A stretch of DNA of 64,000 nt, taken from an uncultured Geobacteraceae bacterium. Lineage in GTDB: Bacteria; Desulfobacterota; Desulfuromonadia; Desulfuromonadales; BM103. Below the pieces are notes generated by a model. That model searched no databases, was not told the origin of the DNA, and saw nothing but the letters and a program-made list of their open reading frames with translations. The position numbers and the translations under genes were made by a program. Where the stretch lies: contig CAZRTZ010000003.1 in the NCBI GenBank assembly GCA_964603155.1, forward strand, positions 85 to 64,084. Reading direction: 5' to 3'. Shown here in pieces: positions 56,779-64,000 of this stretch (positions are counted from its first letter, which is position 1; the number at the start of each line of letters is the position of its first letter).

Positions 56779-58734
56779 ATGCGCGCCGTAATATTTTCAG
56801 CCATTACCATATTCGTCGCCACTTTGGCCGTGTATTGGCAAGTAGAGAATTACGACTTTGTAAATTACGATGACCATGCATATGTCGTAGACAACGGACA
56901 CATAGCAACTGGCCTGACCACGGACAATATAATCTGGGCTTTTACTTCAGTCCATTCAGCAAACTGGCACCCTGTAACCTGGATATCCCATATGGCAGAT
57001 ATCCAGATTTACGGCATGCACCCTGGCGGGCACCATCTTACCAGTGTTTTCATTCATACGGCATCAGCTATTTTACTGTTTATCCTGCTAGTTCGGCTGA
57101 CCAAGTCACCATGGAGAAGTACGTTCGTCGCATTGCTATTTGCACTTCACCCGCTGCACATTGAGTCCGTTGCCTGGGTGGCCGAACGGAAAGATGTTTT
57201 AAGCGCATTTTTCTGCTTTCTGACGCTATTGCTTTATTCAGAATATGTAGCGAGGCAAAATCGCACATACTATCTCTTTGCCTTCGTCGCCTTCCTTTTG
57301 GGGCTCATGTCCAAGCCAATGTTAGTAACTCTCCCTTTGATCATGTTACTCATTGACCATTGGCCATTAAACCGGTTTAAAAAAAAACAACCGTCGATCG
57401 AAGGTTGGCAACGGGCGAGTACTCTCCCTACATACATTCCTCTTTTGAAGGAAAAAATACCTTTCTTTGTTTGTTCGCTAGGCTCCGGACTGGTTACCAT
57501 TTATGCTCAGCAAGGAGCCATTCAGAAAATTGACGCGCTCCCACTATGGCCGAGGCTCGCCAACGCCACAGTCACTTACCTGAAATACATCGGTAAGATG
57601 CTCTGGCCGACAGACCTAGCTGTATTTTACCCATTTTTCTTCAATATCCCCACCTGGCAGGTCGCCGGTGCTGCCCTGCTCCTGCTTTCGATTAGCGTGG
57701 GTGTCATCCGCCTTGGCAAACGTGAACCCTATCTTGTTACCGGCTGGTTCTGGTATCTGCTCTCCCTTTTGCCAGTCATAGGCATCCTTCAAGTCGGCGC
57801 TCAGTCCATGGCCGACCGATACACGTATATTCCGCTGACCGGGCTTTTCATCATTGCCGCATGGGGCATCCCGCTCCTTATAAAAGGCATTCCATACTCC
57901 AGAGTCATTCTGATGTCACTGGCTTTTGCTTCAATTTCAGCAGCGGCGATATCGACGTATCAGCAGTTGAAATACTGGCAAGATAGCATCACTCTCTTCG
58001 AAAGGGCAATCCTTGTTACGTCTAAAAATGCTCTTGCCCATAACAACCTTGCTTCAGCCATGGAAAATAAAGGTGATTTCGACGCCGCTGTAGAAAACTA
58101 TCTCAAAGCTATTGATATAAACCCGAACTATATAGATGCCTATTACAATCTTGGCAACGCCCTCGTCAGAAATGGCTATGCAAGTGACGCAATAGAACTA
58201 TATCGCAACGTAATCGCATTAAATGATAGGTACGCCAGAGCATACACAAATCTTGGGGTTGCCCTATCTGAAACAGGAGATATAGATCAGGCGATTAATG
58301 CATATCGTAAAGCTATAGAGATAGACCCAAGAGACTTCCTAGCACACAACAATCTCGGTTTTTCCTACGAAAAAACGGGTCTGATCGACAAGTCCATCCA
58401 TGAATATAAAAAGGCCTTAGAACTTAGCCCCTCTTACGTAAACGCCCATATTAATCTGGGTAATCTTTATTTAAGAACCGGCCAGATCGACAACGCTATC
58501 GATACATATAAAAAAGCCACCGGCATCGCCCCGGGCGATTACGAGGCCCACAACAATTTAGGCGTCGCCCTTCTCAAGAAGGGCCATGCCACTGAAGCAA
58601 TCGCCGAATTCGAGAAGGCCATCCGTATCGACGGAACCGAACCCGCCGCCATCGACAATCTCAAGGACGCCTACATCCTCCAGAAAAAAACCGGTACGGG
58701 TCAACCGCCTAGTCCCGTCCGCCCCTCTCGCTAA
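56779..58734 (+). CDS. GT-C-fold membrane protein of the PMT/TMTC-like type with C-terminal TPR repeats
   Basis: About 11 hydrophobic segments. First loop motif YDFVNYDDHAYVVDN. C-terminal run of about 7 TPR units (AHNNLASAMENKGDFDAAVENYLKAIDINPNYIDAYYNLG...). ATG at 56779 is preferred to GTG at 56740. Confidence 0.7.
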   Translation: MRAVIFSAITIFVATLAVYWQVENYDFVNYDDHAYVVDNGHIATGLTTDNIIWAFTSVHSANWHPVTWISHMADIQIYGMHPGGHHLTSVFIHTASAILLFILLVRLTKSPWRSTFVALLFALHPLHIESVAWVAERKDVLSAFFCFLTLLLYSEYVARQNRTYYLFAFVAFLLGLMSKPMLVTLPLIMLLIDHWPLNRFKKKQPSIEGWQRASTLPTYIPLLKEKIPFFVCSLGSGLVTIYAQQGAIQKIDALPLWPRLANATVTYLKYIGKMLWPTDLAVFYPFFFNIPTWQVAGAALLLLSISVGVIRLGKREPYLVTGWFWYLLSLLPVIGILQVGAQSMADRYTYIPLTGLFIIAAWGIPLLIKGIPYSRVILMSLAFASISAAAISTYQQLKYWQDSITLFERAILVTSKNALAHNNLASAMENKGDFDAAVENYLKAIDINPNYIDAYYNLGNALVRNGYASDAIELYRNVIALNDRYARAYTNLGVALSETGDIDQAINAYRKAIEIDPRDFLAHNNLGFSYEKTGLIDKSIHEYKKALELSPSYVNAHINLGNLYLRTGQIDNAIDTYKKATGIAPGDYEAHNNLGVALLKKGHATEAIAEFEKAIRIDGTEPAAIDNLKDAYILQKKTGTGQPPSPVRPSR

Positions 58735-59654
58735 AGGACCGCGACACCCGAAAGCCTCCGCATAAGCCGCATCCAGAAAATTATCACAAAGCGGCGCAGT
58801 CGGGAAATGCGGTGCCGCTGGTGAAAGTCCTGCAACCGTGACAGCGCCAGCGTATTTTCCTTGAATTCCCGACTAAACTCGGTGACGGGAGTCTCGCGCA
58901 GGGCTACGTCATAGTGGCTGGTCTTGAGGCAGTGGACCCCCGTGCCGTCGTTGCCGAGATTGAAAACCAGACTCTGCGACGGGTACAGGCAAAGCCCGCC
59001 CCGTCTGAATATCGAGGCATACCAGAAGACCGCCCAGGTATTTGCTTTTCCCTGAAGATTGTGGAGGACCTGCTCCCAGACATCGTAGGAGCCGTCAAGA
59101 TTGAACTGCCTGATGTTTTCCGGAGAGAATTGCTGCACCAACCCTGCGGGATTTTTTTCGAAACTAGCCCACGCACGCGCCCAAGTGGCCCACCCCCAGG
59201 AGAATGGCATGCGCAGGAAAAAAGTCTCCGGGAGGTTCTTCAGTTCAAGGGGAAACCAGTAGCCGGAAACGTGCATGACCTCTTCATCCTCTGCGTAGAG
59301 ATTCAGCGCCTCATTCATAAAATCCAGAAAAACCGGGGAGGTCACCAAATCATCCTCGAGAACAATGACCCTACCATGCTCCTGAAGAACGCTGCTAACC
59401 CCGTCAATAATCGATACAGCAAGACCGCGATTCTCTCTGGCCTCTCTTATTAAGACACTCCGGAAGCCAGAAACTGAAGCCAGTATATCGCGAACCTCAG
59501 CGACCTTGCGCCGATCGGCGTCCCGCCGGGGGCCGTCGGAAAAAATATACAGGTCACTTTGAGACACCAGTGAATTTCCGAGCAGCGCTTCAATAACTCT
59601 GCGAGTGTGTTCAGGACGGTTATAGACAAAGAGTGCAATGGGCGCCGTTTGCAT
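58731..59654 (-). CDS. Glycosyltransferase, GNT-I-like (EDD motif)
   Basis: Start MQTAPIALFVYNRPEHTRRVIEAL. VIVLEDDLVTSPVFLDF. Confidence 0.5.
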   Translation of the reverse strand: MQTAPIALFVYNRPEHTRRVIEALLGNSLVSQSDLYIFSDGPRRDADRRKVAEVRDILASVSGFRSVLIREARENRGLAVSIIDGVSSVLQEHGRVIVLEDDLVTSPVFLDFMNEALNLYAEDEEVMHVSGYWFPLELKNLPETFFLRMPFSWGWATWARAWASFEKNPAGLVQQFSPENIRQFNLDGSYDVWEQVLHNLQGKANTWAVFWYASIFRRGGLCLYPSQSLVFNLGNDGTGVHCLKTSHYDVALRETPVTEFSREFKENTLALSRLQDFHQRHRISRLRRFVIIFWMRLMRRLSGVAVL

Positions 59655-59694
59655 AATTTTCTGATTCTTCTTCAGGGCAGAAAAAAAGGAGGAC

Positions 59695-60573
59695 CTAACC
59701 GCCATAAACTTGAAAACCCTCGAGGCGCAACCGCGTATCTTGGCTCATTATTTTAAACAGTGGCACATTTCCGTAGTAGGACGCCCAATTGGTATAGGTG
59801 CTCGGCGGTCCGATAATGTAATCACATAGCGAAAACGCATGGAGATCCTCAAGTTCATGCCCAGGTCCGAAAAGGAAATCAAAAGCTGCGAATTGCCCGA
59901 CCTCCAGCGCTTCGTTGGAGCAAATCAGGAAACGAATACGCTTCCCCGGGAATAAAGCGGTCATCTCGCACATAATTCTCAGATAAACCTCAGGGGAGTA
60001 GAAAAACTTTCCGCCGAGGAAATCGGCATAATCACCACGCCTGACATGAATACCTACCAACATGTCAGTACCGCTCCTGGTCTGTTCCATAAAATTTGCC
60101 ACACGAGTGGCGTGAGGTTCGATGGGGGAAAAGTAGCTCCGAATTGCCCCAGAGTGTTTACGAAAGCCGGCATCGTCCCGAAAAAGCCAGCCGTGCACCA
60201 GCAGAACATTTGATGCTTTTCTGACACTGACAAACTTTTCGGCAGACAGGTCGCAGACCTCTCCAGAATCGTCAGTCGTCGCGATGTCGAAACGCCCGAG
60301 CCACACTCCCGCTCTCCCGGCAGAAGATCTCCTGAGTTTGCGCAGCAACAGTTGCCGCACCCACCGACTTATTCCAGCCGGAATCGGTGGCAGCCCGGAC
60401 CTCGGGGGGAAACAGCAGAATGTATTGCTGCAGGTCCCACGAAAATAATGAGCGTAATCATCAAAGGCGGGATTACACAAGACGTAACCATGTTCGATGG
60501 CGTTGGCCATAAAATGTGCAAACAGAAGGAGCCGATTGCCAAGTTGACCGTATGGATAGGTAATCACGACCAT
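59695..60573 (-). CDS. Fucosyltransferase-like glycosyltransferase (GT11-type HxRRGD motif)
   Basis: Start MVVITYPYGQLGNRLLLFAH. IHVRRGDYADF. Confidence 0.5.
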   Translation of the reverse strand: MVVITYPYGQLGNRLLLFAHFMANAIEHGYVLCNPAFDDYAHYFRGTCSNTFCCFPPRSGLPPIPAGISRWVRQLLLRKLRRSSAGRAGVWLGRFDIATTDDSGEVCDLSAEKFVSVRKASNVLLVHGWLFRDDAGFRKHSGAIRSYFSPIEPHATRVANFMEQTRSGTDMLVGIHVRRGDYADFLGGKFFYSPEVYLRIMCEMTALFPGKRIRFLICSNEALEVGQFAAFDFLFGPGHELEDLHAFSLCDYIIGPPSTYTNWASYYGNVPLFKIMSQDTRLRLEGFQVYGG

Positions 60574-61424
60574 GGTGGCATCCTGGTTGCCGGAAAGAGC
60601 CTGCCAGCAATGATTTTCCCGGTGCCATACCAGATCCGAAGCAAATTTAGCAACTTCCACTGCCAGGGACAGGCCATGACAATAAACGCCGTCCAGGCAA
60701 AGGGGTTTGCAGCAGATTTTCGTGAAAAGTATCTTCTCAGAAATTCACTGAATGGACCTCCATCATCCTGCCGGAATCCAGTGGCCCTTTCGTCAACACG
60801 CAAGCTAAGACTTTCATCCACACGCAGATTCAGCCCCTTCCGGTGTGCCCGCAGAGTGAATTCATAATCGGAGAGATAGTGGGGTAAAATTTTCGGGAAG
60901 AACCCCCCTGTTCGCAGAAAATCACCAACCGACAAGAAGAGTCCCCTGGTCGAAAGACAATTGGTCTCTGCCTGGGTGACTGTCTGTGAAAATTGCAGGC
61001 GGGACCAGTCAACGTGCACACCTCCGCCAATGATCTGACCGGTTGCCATGCTGTAGGCCTGTGCCAAGAGCAGCGTTCCCCTTAAATTTTTCATCAGGCC
61101 GACAGCACAGGCTAGAAAGTCTGGAGTGAATTCCGTATCGTCGTTGATGATCAGAACCAGATCAGAAGTCTCGGCTGACTGTGCTCTCAGCCACTCATAA
61201 CCTTGCTGTAGTGCACCCGCCCACCACCAGTTACCCGCGCCGGTTATGACCGACAGCACCGGCATCTCCGCCCTGACCATCTCCGCAGTGCCGTCTGTTG
61301 AGCCATCATCGATCAATACCAGGTGATAGTGACGATAAGTCTGCTCCTTGAGTGAGGCAATGAAACGCCGCGTGACCTCACAGCGGTTATGCACGGGGAG
61401 CAGAATATAGACTTTCTCATTCAT
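60564..61424 (-). CDS. GT2 glycosyltransferase
   Basis: 286 aa. YILLPVHNRCEVTRRFIASL and VLIDDGSTDGT. Confidence 0.8.
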   Translation of the reverse strand: MNEKVYILLPVHNRCEVTRRFIASLKEQTYRHYHLVLIDDGSTDGTAEMVRAEMPVLSVITGAGNWWWAGALQQGYEWLRAQSAETSDLVLIINDDTEFTPDFLACAVGLMKNLRGTLLLAQAYSMATGQIIGGGVHVDWSRLQFSQTVTQAETNCLSTRGLFLSVGDFLRTGGFFPKILPHYLSDYEFTLRAHRKGLNLRVDESLSLRVDERATGFRQDDGGPFSEFLRRYFSRKSAANPFAWTAFIVMACPWQWKLLNLLRIWYGTGKIIAGRLFPATRMPPWS

Positions 61425-62377
61425 GGTTTCTTCAGTATAAACAGCCAGTTATCCCCTATACCGAGGGCATCGAAGAACCTGGTTAGCAGGTGGTTGACCC
61501 GAGACAGACCAAGCAAATTCAGCAAACTCTGCCCAACCCTTACCGGCAGGGGTCTTCTCGCCAAGGGGGACCAGAAAGGCGAAGGGAGGCCCTCTCCGGG
61601 GAGTGTTAGCAGATGCACCCACTGGTAACCCAGCCATGCGGAGGGGGTAATGGTCTGTGCAAATTCAACGGTCAGCCCTGCCTGCTCGGCGGCTTTTCCC
61701 ATGGACCTCCTGGAGAAGAACTGCCGGTGATAGGGGAGGTGCCAATTGATCCAATTCTGCCCGAACACCTTGGCCCCCCACCCATCCGGGTTGGGGGTGC
61801 TCAAAATCACCATCCCGCCTCTTCTCAGAACCGAGTTGACGCCTCTCAAAGCCGTGACGGGATCATCAAAATGTTCGACAACTTGGTGCAATGTCACATA
61901 ATCGAAAAAATCCGGGGGATGGCAGGTTGGATCAAAGGGACCTATATGGATCCTGAAACCGTGGCTTTCGGCAATACGACGAACGTTGTCATCAATTTCA
62001 ACACCGTAAACATCGCACCCTCTGGACTGATGGTAGGCAAGGGCCGCGCCGCAACCGCAACCGATGTCGAGCACCTTTACCCCCGACGGAATCCACTTGG
62101 CCGGCGAAGCTGCTTCACCATCGAGCCAAGCGACCAGTCCAGAGGAAAACTTGAGGGGGCGAAGGGATTGTGGATCGAAGCCTCCACGCGGGTAATGGAC
62201 GGTATAAAGCGCTTCTGAATCAGGGCAGAGATCCGGGGGGAGAAAACCATGGGCGCACTGCCCGCAGTAATAGACCGGATATTTCCCAGGACAGGCGTAT
62301 CTGTCATCATAGCCATCGAGCAGATGCCGGGTTGCACCGGACATGCAAAGCGGACAAGCCTTGGCCGCCACCGGCAT
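61421..62377 (-). CDS. Class I SAM-dependent methyltransferase with N-terminal Cys4 zinc ribbon
   Basis: Start MPVAAKACPLCMSG...YYCGQCAHGF. VLDIGCGCGAAL. The ORF-track start would overlap the upstream gene by 212 nt. Confidence 0.75.
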   Translation of the reverse strand: MPVAAKACPLCMSGATRHLLDGYDDRYACPGKYPVYYCGQCAHGFLPPDLCPDSEALYTVHYPRGGFDPQSLRPLKFSSGLVAWLDGEAASPAKWIPSGVKVLDIGCGCGAALAYHQSRGCDVYGVEIDDNVRRIAESHGFRIHIGPFDPTCHPPDFFDYVTLHQVVEHFDDPVTALRGVNSVLRRGGMVILSTPNPDGWGAKVFGQNWINWHLPYHRQFFSRRSMGKAAEQAGLTVEFAQTITPSAWLGYQWVHLLTLPGEGLPSPFWSPLARRPLPVRVGQSLLNLLGLSRVNHLLTRFFDALGIGDNWLFILKKP

Positions 62378-62378
62378 T

Positions 62379-63665
62379 TCAGCAAAGCCCTTCAAGTTTT
62401 TCGAAAACAGCTCCGAAATGCTTTGAAAACATATAGTTGTCTTCGTAACACCGGAACGCTGCGGCTCGCATCTGCTCATGGTTAGACAATATCCGCCGGA
62501 CAGCTCCGCCCACTTGGGATGGGTTTTCAACCGCACAACCGCATCCGTAACGATCGACCACTGAGGATATGGAGGGATATCGGTTAACAATTACCGGCAA
62601 CCCACTCCGGAGATAGTGCGCGAGTTTGCCTGATGCTGATCCGATCAAGGTGAAGTTTTCGCCAAGATCCCTATAGAGAGCCACTCCTACATCCGCCGAA
62701 GCCAGTAATTCCGAAAGCTGCTCGTAGGGGACAGGCCCCGGGCTAAATCTGACCTTTTCGGAGGCGTGTTTCCTTACTTTGCGCAGATAAGCCGCGTCGT
62801 GGTAACCGTGCCCATGGAAAACCAGAACCCAATCAGCAGGCCAGGACTGAGCGGCAATCGCCAACTCCTCGCACATGGCCCAATCGGCAATAAACCCGGC
62901 GTAAAGGACTATTTTCTTCTCGGGGCTCAAGCCCAGCGTTTCCTGGAGAACCGCAGTCCGGATTCTGAACGGTTCGCCGTCTGCACAGACAGGCAGCAGT
63001 AGAACGGAGTCGCCGGCCAAGCCGTTCTGCTCGATAAGCAGGTGTTTGCGAACCTCGTCCTGGGTAATGGTCAGCAGGGTTCTCCTGTTATGCTGCCTCT
63101 CGATAATTTTGAGAGCAGCCGGCCCGACATCTCTGTCGGTATCGAGATGCAACTCCATATTGTAATAAATGCTCGCAATGCCGTGCTTGTCTGCCAGGTC
63201 ACACGCAACCATCATCCCAACGGGTTCGACGCCGATGAAGTACTTATATGCAATCCCCCTGGTTTTTCCCCGCAAAATGCTGGCAAAAAAGGCGGCGCTC
63301 CCCGTGAGCGCCGCAACCTCTCTCTCGATCAGTTCATCCCGCGACCGTAGCCGGTCAAAACCGCGACGCACCACCTTGCAGACGCACCGCCACGCTTTCT
63401 GGATATATTGCTGGGCTTCGGCGCGAGGCTTGGGGATATCGACGAGTCGAATATCTCCTCGGTCGAAACTAATGCCGTCGAGAAATGTTCCGCAGGTAAA
63501 AATGTCAACCGCCAGCCCAGCATTCGCCATGTAAACTGCGGCATTGATCAGGGAGGGAGAGTTCGCCAGACCATACCCGTAGATCACGATCCCCACCCGC
63601 CCCAAGGACCTTTGCGGAGACCGTTCAGGTGTTGCGGCGAATTCAGATCCGGGCGGCCAGGACAA
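62379..63665 (-). CDS. GT-B-fold glycosyltransferase (GT1/GT4-like)
   Basis: 428 aa. N-terminal GIVIYGYGLANSPS. C-terminal half IVLYAGFI...SGKLAHYLRSGLPVIV is typical of a retaining GT-B nucleotide-sugar domain. Confidence 0.55.
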   Translation of the reverse strand: MSWPPGSEFAATPERSPQRSLGRVGIVIYGYGLANSPSLINAAVYMANAGLAVDIFTCGTFLDGISFDRGDIRLVDIPKPRAEAQQYIQKAWRCVCKVVRRGFDRLRSRDELIEREVAALTGSAAFFASILRGKTRGIAYKYFIGVEPVGMMVACDLADKHGIASIYYNMELHLDTDRDVGPAALKIIERQHNRRTLLTITQDEVRKHLLIEQNGLAGDSVLLLPVCADGEPFRIRTAVLQETLGLSPEKKIVLYAGFIADWAMCEELAIAAQSWPADWVLVFHGHGYHDAAYLRKVRKHASEKVRFSPGPVPYEQLSELLASADVGVALYRDLGENFTLIGSASGKLAHYLRSGLPVIVNRYPSISSVVDRYGCGCAVENPSQVGGAVRRILSNHEQMRAAAFRCYEDNYMFSKHFGAVFEKLEGLC

Positions 63666-64000
63666 AACATCCCCCCCAACTGTCGCGACCGAGTTCCTGA
63701 TCTTCCATCCAGCCTGCAGCGTAGATTCTTGTCAAACCGTAACGGCTCGCAAGGGCATCGATTTCCGGGAGAAACAGATAGCGCATCCGATGCATCTCGG
63801 CAAATTCTTCGACCCGGCCGTTGACCTTGTCGGTAACGACGACCTGGTAATGCACATCGACCGCGTTCTCATTGTAATACATGGTTGGCTCGGCAACTCG
63901 GAGAAGCCTGATTCGGTCATCCTCAAGACGCTTCACCCTGACTTCCGGCGGCTCGCTCAGAACCGCTGGCCCGTACCAGCAGTCGAAAACAAACACCCCG
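63643..64000 (-). CDS. C-terminal part of a probable SAM-dependent methyltransferase (N-terminus beyond window end)
   Basis: Frame is open to the window edge. ...FVFDCWYGPAVLSEPPEVRVKRL...RMRYLFLPEIDAL resembles the C-terminal half of class I sugar or small-molecule methyltransferases. Confidence 0.4.
   Translation of the reverse strand, partial: GVFVFDCWYGPAVLSEPPEVRVKRLEDDRIRLLRVAEPTMYYNENAVDVHYQVVVTDKVNGRVEEFAEMHRMRYLFLPEIDALASRYGLTRIYAAGWMEDQELGRDSWGGCFVLAARI

Overview
High-GC bacterial chromosomal segment; hand-counted 60-nt lines give about 60-70% G+C, dropping to about 40-50% after roughly 54.8 kb. Gene content and synteny look like Desulfuromonadales (Geobacter/Desulfuromonas), but that is inference only. 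Almost everything is transcribed on the minus strand in tightly packed operons.

Content by coordinate:
1. 1-7166: MCP (partial), cheW, cheY, then a solute-binding protein, PAS histidine kinase and sigma-54 activator operon.
2. 7269-10323: truA, asd, leuB.
3. 10612-15504: a canonical livKHMGF-type transporter.
4. 15652-16443: an AIM24/TIGR00266 gene on the plus strand.
5. 16561-27818: an 11-gene run of iorA, iorB, paaK-like, ACT protein, two tandem binding proteins, livHMGF-like genes and a second paaK-like gene.
6. 28007-33921: tRNA-Leu(UAA), NUDIX hydrolase, MqnA-like, LplA-like, accC, accB, M24 peptidase, aroQ.
7. 33923-43706: Roadblock and TPR genes, aroB, aroK, pilQPONM, a small XRE regulator and pilD.
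8. 43721-53655: higBA, an Ig-like lipoprotein, pilY1, pilX, pilW, pilV (sigma-54 promoter), mazEF and an AAA+/DUF4143 ATPase.
9. 53707-64000: a GT9 heptosyltransferase followed by a low-GC glycan island. It holds GT2 (two genes), GT1, GNT-I-like and HxRRGD fucosyltransferase-like genes, three methyltransferases and a TMTC/PMT-like GT-C membrane protein with TPR repeats.

Most interesting observations:
- A DPM1-like GT2 paired divergently with a TMTC-like GT-C/TPR protein, a possible periplasmic protein-glycosylation module next to the pilus genes.
- A dispersed family of degenerate 6-8 nt tandem repeats (GTGAGGA, CGTGATC, GGTTGA units) in intergenic regions; two of the arrays bracket mazEF.
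- Two toxin-antitoxin cassettes wedged into the type IV pilus locus.
- A candidate sigma-54 circuit linking the EBP operon to the chemotaxis module.
- A gene-conversion tract in the tandem binding-protein paralogs.

No CRISPR array, rRNA, transposase or integrase was seen. All calls come from reading the translations and the DNA by eye; no database search was run.
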